Below, piece after piece: positions 24,651 through 32,146 of a DNA stretch of 34,735 nt. The translations under genes and the position numbers were made by a program. Source of the DNA: Promethearchaeota archaeon (GTDB lineage Archaea; Asgardarchaeota; Thorarchaeia; Thorarchaeales; Thorarchaeaceae); contig JBHLPB010000001.1 in the NCBI GenBank assembly GCA_048939905.1, positions 1-34,735 on the forward strand. Reading direction: 5' to 3'. Each line of letters starts with the position of its first letter. The first letter of the stretch is position 1. The notes under the pieces were generated by a model, which worked only from the letters and a program-made list of their open reading frames with translations, ran no database searches and had not been told where the DNA came from.

Positions 24651-25691
24651 CTAAGTATGCTCAGTGAGTACAACAATCTCCCTCTTCATCATCCCAAAGT
24701 GATCACGGATACTGTACTCCGCTACCTTCGTCGCATCGGATGTAAGCTTCTGAGTGAGTACTGAGCGTTTTCCGTGCTCATCTGCAATCAATCGGTCACT
24801 AGCATAAGCCGCAGAAACTGTGAATATGAATGGATTCCGACCGCCTCTTCTCGAGGCCGGTATGATTCCAAGAATCTCAAGCATCTTGTCCCTTAGTGCG
24901 TTCTCATAGGTTCTCAAGTCCCAACCCCGAGCCCGTATCTTTCTTACGACTTTGTCGCTATTCATCAACATCGAGAGAACTCTTGGTACATAGTCCTCCG
25001 GACGACGAATCTGAGGAGCAATGCCTGTCAGTGATTTGAGCTTCAATGCTTCTCTGACTATAGCTCTGACATTCACCCGATGGCCGCACTTCTCGAATGT
25101 ACTAGCTATCTCATCCAGCGTTATCGGTGCACCATCTTTGTACTCACGAACAGCCATAAGCAGACATACTGCAATGAGTAGGATGTTGTTCGTAATCTTA
25201 GTGGACGCTTCCGTGACTATCTTCTTGTAGAGGTATGCAGTACGATCACGCACTTGTTCACTCAACATCAACAACTTCGAAACATGATTGAGCGTTCGGA
25301 GAGCCCTGTATTTTGCCTCGTTTCTACCTATTCTTATTCGTGTACTATAGACCGCTTTTAGACGCTTGAATCTCTTTTGCGATCTCGCTGATAGAGTCTG
25401 CCCCTGTGCATCCTGAAAGTACTTCTCTTTGTGAAAACCAATGTAGCTTCCAAGTCCATCCACGATGTGCATCCGATTACCCAAGGAAACATAGACAGTT
25501 GCATCAGGCTTGTCACTGTGCCGTTCCTCGCCCATTTGATAAGTGGGCAGGACATACTCTCTGGAAATGGCCAGTCCGCACTCTGCACAGACTATGTACC
25601 CCTGGTTCACCACTAGCAGTCCTGAACAGTCAGGACAAGACCACGATGAGCTCTGAATAGCCTCGAATGTTTCATCAATCAAAGACCACAC
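24651..25691 (-). CDS. tfb: transcription initiation factor B (TFIIB-like), divergent paralog
   Basis: 346 aa with GTG start. N-terminal Zn ribbon CPDCSG...CAECG followed by two cyclin-like helical repeats (AKYRALRTLNHVSKLL...; PEDYVPRVLSML...). Ends 51 nt upstream of the ATPase gene on the same strand. Confidence 0.8.
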   Translation of the reverse strand: MWSLIDETFEAIQSSSWSCPDCSGLLVVNQGYIVCAECGLAISREYVLPTYQMGEERHSDKPDATVYVSLGNRMHIVDGLGSYIGFHKEKYFQDAQGQTLSARSQKRFKRLKAVYSTRIRIGRNEAKYRALRTLNHVSKLLMLSEQVRDRTAYLYKKIVTEASTKITNNILLIAVCLLMAVREYKDGAPITLDEIASTFEKCGHRVNVRAIVREALKLKSLTGIAPQIRRPEDYVPRVLSMLMNSDKVVRKIRARGWDLRTYENALRDKMLEILGIIPASRRGGRNPFIFTVSAAYASDRLIADEHGKRSVLTQKLTSDATKVAEYSIRDHFGMMKREIVVLTEHT

Positions 25692-25744
25692 CCAAAGACA
25701 ACGTGCACATTATCGCTAACTAGATTTCAGGCAGGTGCCAGTAC

Positions 25745-25758
25745 GTTTCCTAGGAAAC
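25745..25758. promoter_or_regulatory. perfect 14-bp palindrome GTTTCCTAGGAAAC in the tfb / membrane-protein divergent intergenic region
   Basis: Self-complementary 14-mer, 54 nt upstream of the tfb start. A second inverted repeat, GTCACCG-n8-CGGTGAC, lies at 25828-25849. Confidence 0.35.
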
Positions 25759-25927
25759 AATGTTCGCTGAAATGGACTCTTGATATCTCACAGTCGACGA
25801 TTCTGGCCCTGACTGACAGAAAGAGGGGTCACCGTAACTATTCGGTGACAATCACTGGAGATGACCAATCCTACCCTCTTAGGTTACGATTTTAAGTATG
25901 AGATGAAGGAAACAGACCGATACTACC

Positions 25928-26899
25928 ATGAACAAATACGCGATTGCTTTGATTGTCCTTGCCTGCGTGACTTCTATGGTAAGATTCGGTCACGTCTATC
26001 CTGATAGCTATGCCTATCTCAGCTATATCGACTATTTCGATGGTATCGGAAGTCTCGAAGACGTTTCTACTCCCTTCGCACTAAGACCTGTAATGCCCGT
26101 GGTGGTGTCACTACTAAATGGAGTACTGGACTCTTTCCTAATACTCTCTACTCTGAATCTTGGTTTCGTGTGCCTAATCAGTCTTGGAATGTTCAGGTAC
26201 GTGAAGAACTACCACCTAGATGAAAGGTCGGCCTTTTTGGCAGCGGCCATTTGCACCGTGTCATTCCCAGTTGCTTACTATGGTGCTGTGCCCCTAGTAG
26301 ACGCACTCGCCGTTCTCATAATGCTGCTGGTTGTCATAGGACAAATCGAAGGGAAGAGTGACTGGTTTGCTATGACCTTGCTTCTTTTTGGAGTCATTGT
26401 GAAGGAAGTGGTTCTTTTCATAGGGCTGTACTATGTGCTGAGGGAAATTGACGATTCAAGATTGGAGTCTGACCTTAAGACGGCTTTCTTGGTAGGAGTC
26501 AAGAAACTCTGGATAGTCGTACCAGCTTCGACACTTCACCTGGCCCTCAGGTTTCTGATATTTGGTGGGCTGGCAAATTCGCTTCATTTCCATCTTGGCA
26601 TCTTTGAATCATCATTGAGATTGATTCAGGTTGCAGGAGGTATAGGAATAACGTTTGTTCTGCCGATGACGATCCTCCTGATTACATTCAGAAGAGAGAA
26701 ATGCCAATCTTGGGGAACAGCAAAGAGGGACGCTCTGCTAGGATTCGTATCACTACTTCCCTTGGCCCTTCTGGGTCTGTTCTTCGCCTATTTCGATGCA
26801 CGATTCATATGGCCTCTCTATCTTCCACTGATACCAACAGTCGGCTGTTCAATCAGTATCCTGACTGGTTTGACCAGTCAGGATGAACCTATCATATAA
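25928..26899 (+). CDS. polytopic membrane protein (~9-10 TM), possibly GT-C-type glycosyltransferase-like
   Basis: 323 aa with ATG start, hydrophobic throughout. The first extracytoplasmic loop YPDSYAYLSYIDYFDG...PFALRPVMPVVV resembles the acidic D-x-Y loop plus Pro-rich TM2 entry of GT-C enzymes. The function call is weak. Confidence 0.6.
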   Translation: MNKYAIALIVLACVTSMVRFGHVYPDSYAYLSYIDYFDGIGSLEDVSTPFALRPVMPVVVSLLNGVLDSFLILSTLNLGFVCLISLGMFRYVKNYHLDERSAFLAAAICTVSFPVAYYGAVPLVDALAVLIMLLVVIGQIEGKSDWFAMTLLLFGVIVKEVVLFIGLYYVLREIDDSRLESDLKTAFLVGVKKLWIVVPASTLHLALRFLIFGGLANSLHFHLGIFESSLRLIQVAGGIGITFVLPMTILLITFRREKCQSWGTAKRDALLGFVSLLPLALLGLFFAYFDARFIWPLYLPLIPTVGCSISILTGLTSQDEPII

Positions 26900-27257
26900 T
26901 CGCTAGAAGGAACTTATCCGAGTCGAATGTCTTCCTCTGAGATGCGGCTGGCTTGCTGATTGTAAGAACCAGTCTTAGGCCTCCAATCGCACCAACGACT
27001 TCCAGACCCGCATCCTCCTTGATGCGGAATACCTTTCCTTCCGCATACAGCTTCGCATTTGGGCCTCTTGTAATTGGCTTGGAGTCTATCACTATGGTGA
27101 CTTCATCCTTGGGACTCATTGTGTCACAAAGGACTTCTGGAAGCTCCAAAACTACTCTGGCCCCCTCCTCCTTGCTGACCATGTTCAAGACTTTCAGTTT
27201 CCTAGTTTCAGTGTCCTCAATGGACTCGATTATGGTATTCTTTAGCCTGACCACCAT
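26892..27257 (-). CDS. rpo8: RNA polymerase subunit Rpo8 (Rpb8/RpoG-like), tentative
   Basis: 121 aa from ATG 27257; the ORF is open to 27374, but that start would overlap the neighbouring gene. By-eye collinearity with yeast Rpb8: VVLELPEVL..DEVTIVIDS vs LTLDINVELFPV..DSLTVTIAS; LYAEGKVFRI..EVVGAIGGLRLVL...DKFLLAI vs VMYGTAYKFEE..AVYYSFGGLLMRL...NAYLLIR. Confidence 0.45.
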   Translation of the reverse strand: MVVRLKNTIIESIEDTETRKLKVLNMVSKEEGARVVLELPEVLCDTMSPKDEVTIVIDSKPITRGPNAKLYAEGKVFRIKEDAGLEVVGAIGGLRLVLTISKPAASQRKTFDSDKFLLAII

Positions 27258-27329
27258 AGTACTCAGACGCTCCAATTCCTCAGAAGCAGAGGGCAGTCGG
27301 TCTTGAATTAAAGTTGTCGCTATAATCAT

Positions 27330-29426
27330 GTGGCGTTTTTTAGGGAATACAAGCACCAAGTTGCGGTGGGCCACTTGGAGAAAAGACCGCTGATTGCACT
27401 CATTGCCTCGGTTTCTGTTCTACTGTGCCTAGTCACACCCGTATGCGCATACTATTTCGAGTTTGACTACTTCGAACCGGACAAGCTAGTGTATGAGGTC
27501 GGAGAAACAATCAATATGGTCGCTAGGTTGACAGCAGATTTCAGCTCTCAAGGATGGTGCTACGTTTCCTTTGCTGTTACAACCGATCAAGGTCCAGTGT
27601 CTGACGATAGCTACTTCATTCCTTCATCCACCGAAGCGCAGTTCTTCAACTCATCCTACACAATAGTACCTGAGGACACCTCTCCTGGTCCTGGAGGCAC
27701 AGAGGCATACGTCATATTCACTGTTGAAATATATGACTCATACTCGCAGGGAAACGGCGATACGGTCCAGATAAACATCACAAGAGGATCTCTAGAAGTG
27801 AGTTCACTTTCACCGTTAAGCTTAGAATCCGGTGATAATACGACTCTGGTCTTCAAGATCGCCTCTACACATAATGACACTATTACATACGCGGATTCAC
27901 CCGTAACAGTTACACTACTCGATTCCTTCATGGTTCAGCTGTTCCAGGAACAGACCACAACCTCTTCAGATGGTATGGTTGATTTCAACTGGAATTCTTC
28001 AATGACACCTCCAGGGGATTACACCCTAGCGCTATCAAGCAATGGAACCGAGGATTTTCTTCCCTTCTCAGAGTCATTTCCGGTCACGGTGACACAACCT
28101 TCTTCCAACCTGACAGTGGTTGCCGCGCCGGTTTCGGTACATTGTCAGACTCCAGACGGGGCTCAAGTGGAATTCGTTGACATTTCTGCAGAGCAGCGAA
28201 ATAGAGAAGGAGTACCCATAACCGATAGCACAATCCTGTGGGAAACTGCTTTCTCGGCAGGTACCATGATTCACATCGGAAGTGGAATCTATCATGTATC
28301 CATCCCATTTGAAACAGAACCTGGACTTTCTCATGTCAACCTCACTGCAAACAATCCCCTGTACATGACCGAGTATGAAGGCATTGCAATCCAAGTCCTA
28401 CCTCGGCCTGTACAAATTACGTCAACAGAATCGGGCTGGGATGCACAACGTGGAGGTAACGTATCCATTGCTTTGGATGTGAATTCCGAGTGGTTACTCA
28501 ACCAGTCTATTCCGATACTGCTCAGAGATTCAGAAGGACAACTCGACACGTACACTTCAGTCAATGCCAACACACAGTCTGAGATTCTCCTCAGTATTGA
28601 GCAAGGCGCTTCTCTTGGTCTACACACAGTTACAGTTGAGATTGAAGACACGTCGTATCAGCCTACGGAACCCTCCAGTTTCGAGGTGTTTGTATACGGC
28701 ACAATCAGTGTCCAAATGGATATGGCGGTGGCGTATTATGCAGAAGAACTCGGCATAGCCCTGAATATAACAGATGACAACAGTCAGTCTGTGATCATGA
28801 CCAACCTCAGTCTATGGGTTGATAATCTGACGGTTCCTGTAGCCTATGTCGAGAACGTAGGCGTCTTATCTCCTGTGGAAGTCCTCCTGCCAAGTTCGGT
28901 TTCTCCAGGCTTGCATGACATGGTAGTGGATGTGGAGAGTACTTGGTGTGGAAGGGCCAATATATCAGTGCCAGTAGTGGTCTGGATGCGCACCAGCATT
29001 CTCGTCGTTGTGGGAGATGACTATGAGTCGCCGCAGATGTTAGAATCCAACCAACTCCCGTCGAATATTCAGACAGAACCAGTGATTCTCTCGACGATTT
29101 CCCTTGGTTCTATCATCCGTCCGCCTCCAATCTTAGTCAGCGATACAACATCCACCAAATTACCCACGGCCCGCGAAACTTCCCGAGAGAGCTGGCCCAG
29201 ACTCAGTTCAGGTACCAGCAAAGACTCGACGGACCCCGCGAACTCTGCCAGCTCAGCATCAGGGAAAGGCCAGAGCGTTCTCAACCTGAGGGACCTGATT
29301 TTCACAGAACTGTTTGTCATGACTTCCTCAACGGACCTGGACGTACACCCGTACGAAACGACTCCCCAATCTGCTGATTCCGGTCCAGACACCACTACGT
29401 CAGTCAGGAGCTCTCGTTCATTCTGA
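27330..29426 (+). CDS. large secreted surface protein with Ig-like beta-repeat modules, sequon-rich; 3' ~358 nt overlaps korA antisense
   Basis: 698 aa from GTG 27330. TTG 27375 gives a cleaner signal peptide, MEKRPLIALIASVSVLLCLVTPVCA|YY. I count about 14 N-x-S/T sequons. No C-terminal TM anchor. The last ~120 codons are S/T/P-rich and lie antisense to korA. Confidence 0.65.
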   Translation: MAFFREYKHQVAVGHLEKRPLIALIASVSVLLCLVTPVCAYYFEFDYFEPDKLVYEVGETINMVARLTADFSSQGWCYVSFAVTTDQGPVSDDSYFIPSSTEAQFFNSSYTIVPEDTSPGPGGTEAYVIFTVEIYDSYSQGNGDTVQINITRGSLEVSSLSPLSLESGDNTTLVFKIASTHNDTITYADSPVTVTLLDSFMVQLFQEQTTTSSDGMVDFNWNSSMTPPGDYTLALSSNGTEDFLPFSESFPVTVTQPSSNLTVVAAPVSVHCQTPDGAQVEFVDISAEQRNREGVPITDSTILWETAFSAGTMIHIGSGIYHVSIPFETEPGLSHVNLTANNPLYMTEYEGIAIQVLPRPVQITSTESGWDAQRGGNVSIALDVNSEWLLNQSIPILLRDSEGQLDTYTSVNANTQSEILLSIEQGASLGLHTVTVEIEDTSYQPTEPSSFEVFVYGTISVQMDMAVAYYAEELGIALNITDDNSQSVIMTNLSLWVDNLTVPVAYVENVGVLSPVEVLLPSSVSPGLHDMVVDVESTWCGRANISVPVVVWMRTSILVVVGDDYESPQMLESNQLPSNIQTEPVILSTISLGSIIRPPPILVSDTTSTKLPTARETSRESWPRLSSGTSKDSTDPANSASSASGKGQSVLNLRDLIFTELFVMTSSTDLDVHPYETTPQSADSGPDTTTSVRSSRSF

Positions 29427-30196
29427 ACTTTCCCAGTGATCCTGCGAATCAGGTTGCTGTGAGTTTCAGAATCAGCGGTTTTCCTGAAACCCAATTCGTC
29501 GTGCGTTGATCCAGTGACCAACAAGTCATGTCCATCGCCGAACCGAGGCATTATTGATACTCCGTTGTCAGTCCCACCGTAAGGCGGCTCTCCGCTTCTG
29601 GCGAAGCGACGCTTCACTCTGACATCCCGGTCAGAGTCTATCATGACTTTCTCACGGGAGTGTGCCACGACCTCATCTGACAACAATATCACTGGATGTC
29701 TCAGCTTCTCTGACAAGAAGAATGCACGCAATGTTAGCTCGTAGGTTTCTTGTGCTGAACAAGGTGCCAGCACTACACTCTCGTGATCCCCATGTGTTCC
29801 CCATCCGGCCTGCATGAAATCTCCCTGAGCTACCTTTGTGGCTTGTCCAGTACTAGGGCCCGCTCTTTGTACATTGACAATTACGCATGGGGTTTCAGTC
29901 ATTATTGCATATCCGATGTTTTCCTGCATAAGACTGAAGCCTGGCCCAGAAGTTGCCGTCATTGAGAGTGCTCCTCCCCACGAAGCACCGATGACCGCAG
30001 AGATTGCTGCTATCTCATCTTCCATCTGTAGATAGGTCCCTCCAACCTGTGGAAGACGAGAGGCCATGATCTCTGCAATCTCAGAGGCCGGCGTGATTGG
30101 ATATCCAGCGAAGAATGTACAACCTGCCGCAATTGCAGCTTCCGCACATGCCTGATTTCCCTGCCAGAAGTCTGTTCTTGCGCCTTTAGGGGACAT
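29069..30196 (-). CDS. korA: 2-oxoacid:ferredoxin oxidoreductase, alpha subunit (Kor/Por/Vor type)
   Basis: 375 aa from ATG 30196 (GTG at 30199 is in frame). GNQACAEAAIAAGCTFFAGYPITPASEI, MEDEIAAISAVIGASWGG, TATSGPGFSLMQE, VNVQRAGPSTG. No beta-subunit gene follows. Confidence 0.85.
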   Translation of the reverse strand: MSPKGARTDFWQGNQACAEAAIAAGCTFFAGYPITPASEIAEIMASRLPQVGGTYLQMEDEIAAISAVIGASWGGALSMTATSGPGFSLMQENIGYAIMTETPCVIVNVQRAGPSTGQATKVAQGDFMQAGWGTHGDHESVVLAPCSAQETYELTLRAFFLSEKLRHPVILLSDEVVAHSREKVMIDSDRDVRVKRRFARSGEPPYGGTDNGVSIMPRFGDGHDLLVTGSTHDELGFRKTADSETHSNLIRRITGKVQNERELLTDVVVSGPESADWGVVSYGCTSRSVEEVMTNSSVKIRSLRLRTLWPFPDAELAEFAGSVESLLVPELSLGQLSREVSRAVGNLVDVVSLTKIGGGRMIEPREIVERITGSV

Positions 30197-30298
30197 CACT
30201 AAACATCTCTCTAGGGAATGCGCGGTGTCCCAAGTTCAAGATAAGGATTGACATTCGACACCACCTAACTATCATTCTGTGGAAGAGAGTAACGATAC

Positions 30299-30307
30299 TC
30301 TTTTATC
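30299..30307 (+). promoter_or_regulatory. TATA-box-like element (CTTTTATCA) for tRNA-Gly
   Basis: Centred about 28 nt upstream of the tRNA 5' end at 30331, the usual archaeal TATA-to-TSS spacing. An oligo-T (TTTT, 30410-30413) follows the tRNA 3' end. Confidence 0.4.
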
Positions 30308-30330
30308 ACGACATCCGTGTGAGGTGTCCG

Positions 30331-30407
30331 GCGACTGTAGTCTAGCTTGGTTAGGACGGAAGCCTCCCAAGCTTCCAACCCGGGTTCAAGTCCCGGCAGT
30401 CGCACCA
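30331..30407 (+). tRNA. tRNA-Gly (anticodon CCC), CCA-encoded, no intron
   Basis: GCGACTG-TA-GTCT-AGCTTGGTTA-GGAC-G-GAAGC-CTCCCAA-GCTTC-CAAC-CCGGG-TTCAAGT-CCCGG-CAGTCGC-A-CCA. All four stems pair; T33 and A37 flank anticodon CCC. Confidence 0.92.
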
Positions 30408-30629
30408 CGTTTTCAGTGAAACTTAAGGCCGAAGCCATGTTATAGACCAGCGGCGAGTGATGACTAACATGACCCCAATGAGTCCAATCGGACGATGATA
30501 TGGATCTTGAGTTAAGAACTCGCCACTATTACTTTCGGCAACCTCCCCTGTCAATGTACTTTTAATCGAACACTCCACGCAACTCTTTTAAGGTTCGCGG
30601 ACCCAGCTATCGTTGGGCTGTGATGACTC

Positions 30630-31850
30630 GTGACTCACGACTACATTGAAGACGAACTGAGTCGGCAAAGTGTATTCAAGTCTGAACAGCTACTGTCCAT
30701 AGACTATGTACCTGAGAAACTACCACATCGAGAATCCGAGCTGAAAGTCCTCGCACAGAGTTTCAAGACACTCATTACGTCTCCTGGTCGTACGAGTCAG
30801 AAGTTCATAATCGAGGGGCCCGTTGGAACCGGGAAGACTGCTGTCACCAAGCGCTTTGCGGAACAGATGATTCACGCCGCTGAGCGGCGTGGCATAAGAC
30901 TACATAAGCTCCACATCAATTGCCGTGTAAGTAAGAGCGCATACCTAGTCTACCTGAGGATACTCAGGGAGTTCAAACCAAGGTTTCCTCGTCGAGGGCA
31001 CTCACCAGAAGAACTCCTTCAAATGATTGTTGAAGTCCTAGACGAAGAAGACCGCTATCTCCTATTGATGCTTGACGAGCTTGACTACTTTATCCGTCAA
31101 CGTGGTGCCGACATACTATACGATCTCACTAGACTCATGGACGACCGATTGAACGCTCCACAACGTCTCTCAATGATTGGTATTGGACGAAAAATCCCTT
31201 TGAGCGAAGACATACTGGACTCAAGCACACTTAGCACACTTCAGCGCAACATAGTTCGTTTTGAGCAATATAGCTCCGAAGCACTCTACGATATTCTGAA
31301 AGAACGGTCAGACATGGCATTTAGAGAGAACGCAGTCATGGATGAAACACTTCAGCTGATTTGCGATATCGCTTCAGACCGGGGAGACGCTCGTTACGCG
31401 ATTGAGCTTCTATGGAGAGCGGGAAAACAAGCTGACAGTACAGATTCCAGAAAGGTGATTCCAGACTACGCAAGAAAGGCCAAAGCAGACACTCATCCAG
31501 AGCTAAGAAAGGAGATATTCACGACCCTGCCGAAACAGAATAGTCTTCTTCTACTAGCGGCTGCACGCCAGCTGAAGGAGAATCGAGGCGCCTACATTAC
31601 GATGGGCGAACTGGAGGAGATGTACCAGTCCGTATGCGAGGAGTACAATGAGGAACCACGAGCTCACACCCAAGTCTGGGAATGGGTTCAGGACTTGAAT
31701 TCTCATGGATTGGTTGACACAAAACGATCAGGGGTCGGTCAGAGAGGCCAAACAACACTCATAGGCTTGTCAGATGTGCCTGCGGAATTGCTGGAACACT
31801 ACTTACTGGAGCTGCTCGGGAAACAGGAGGTTTCTGACAATTACCAGTAA
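30630..31850 (+). CDS. orc1: ORC1-type DNA replication initiator Orc1/Cdc6
   Basis: 406 aa with GTG start. LSIDYVPEKLPHRESEL, Walker A IIEGPVGTGKTAV, Walker B LLMLDELDY, sensor regions, GDARYAIELL, C-terminal winged helix (YITMGELEEMY...GLVDTKRSGVGQRGQTT). Confidence 0.9.
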   Translation: MTHDYIEDELSRQSVFKSEQLLSIDYVPEKLPHRESELKVLAQSFKTLITSPGRTSQKFIIEGPVGTGKTAVTKRFAEQMIHAAERRGIRLHKLHINCRVSKSAYLVYLRILREFKPRFPRRGHSPEELLQMIVEVLDEEDRYLLLMLDELDYFIRQRGADILYDLTRLMDDRLNAPQRLSMIGIGRKIPLSEDILDSSTLSTLQRNIVRFEQYSSEALYDILKERSDMAFRENAVMDETLQLICDIASDRGDARYAIELLWRAGKQADSTDSRKVIPDYARKAKADTHPELRKEIFTTLPKQNSLLLLAAARQLKENRGAYITMGELEEMYQSVCEEYNEEPRAHTQVWEWVQDLNSHGLVDTKRSGVGQRGQTTLIGLSDVPAELLEHYLLELLGKQEVSDNYQ

Positions 31851-32130
31851 CTCTGAAAATCCGTCGCGTGTATCCATTGAGGAGATATTCTCGTCAAGGG
31901 GCAGAATCAAGATTCTGAAAGAGCTAGCCACCTCCAGCGAGTTGAACATATCGGAACTCTGCAGGAGGGTTTCATTAAACCATAGCTCAACCAAATCGCA
32001 TCTTGAGGTGCTAATTACGTCGGGTCTTGTTGAAGAGAAGATGTTCGGAAGAATCAAGATCTATCGGTATCGTATTGAAGACCATCGGGCTCGGGCACTT
32101 AGGAACCTGTTCGGTCTATGGCAGTCATAA
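31774..32130 (+). CDS. small ArsR-like winged-helix transcriptional regulator
   Basis: Core EEIFSSRGRIKILKELATSSELNISELCRRVSLNHSSTKSHLEVLITSGLVEEKMFGRIKIYRY is a textbook ArsR/SmtB wHTH. The only in-frame ATG (31774) overlaps the orc1 3' end by 77 nt, so the true start is uncertain. Confidence 0.6.
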   Translation: MCLRNCWNTTYWSCSGNRRFLTITSNSENPSRVSIEEIFSSRGRIKILKELATSSELNISELCRRVSLNHSSTKSHLEVLITSGLVEEKMFGRIKIYRYRIEDHRARALRNLFGLWQS

Positions 32131-32146
32131 TGGAGAGGTCGCGTGT

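Noticed and set aside
30409-30430. ORB-like string GTTTTCAGTGAAACTTAAGGCC directly after tRNA-Gly, upstream of orc1
   Set aside because: The dyad is degenerate (TTTCAGTGAAAC against TTCCAnTGGAAAC) and the GGGGT tract is missing. The TTTT more likely belongs to the tRNA terminator.
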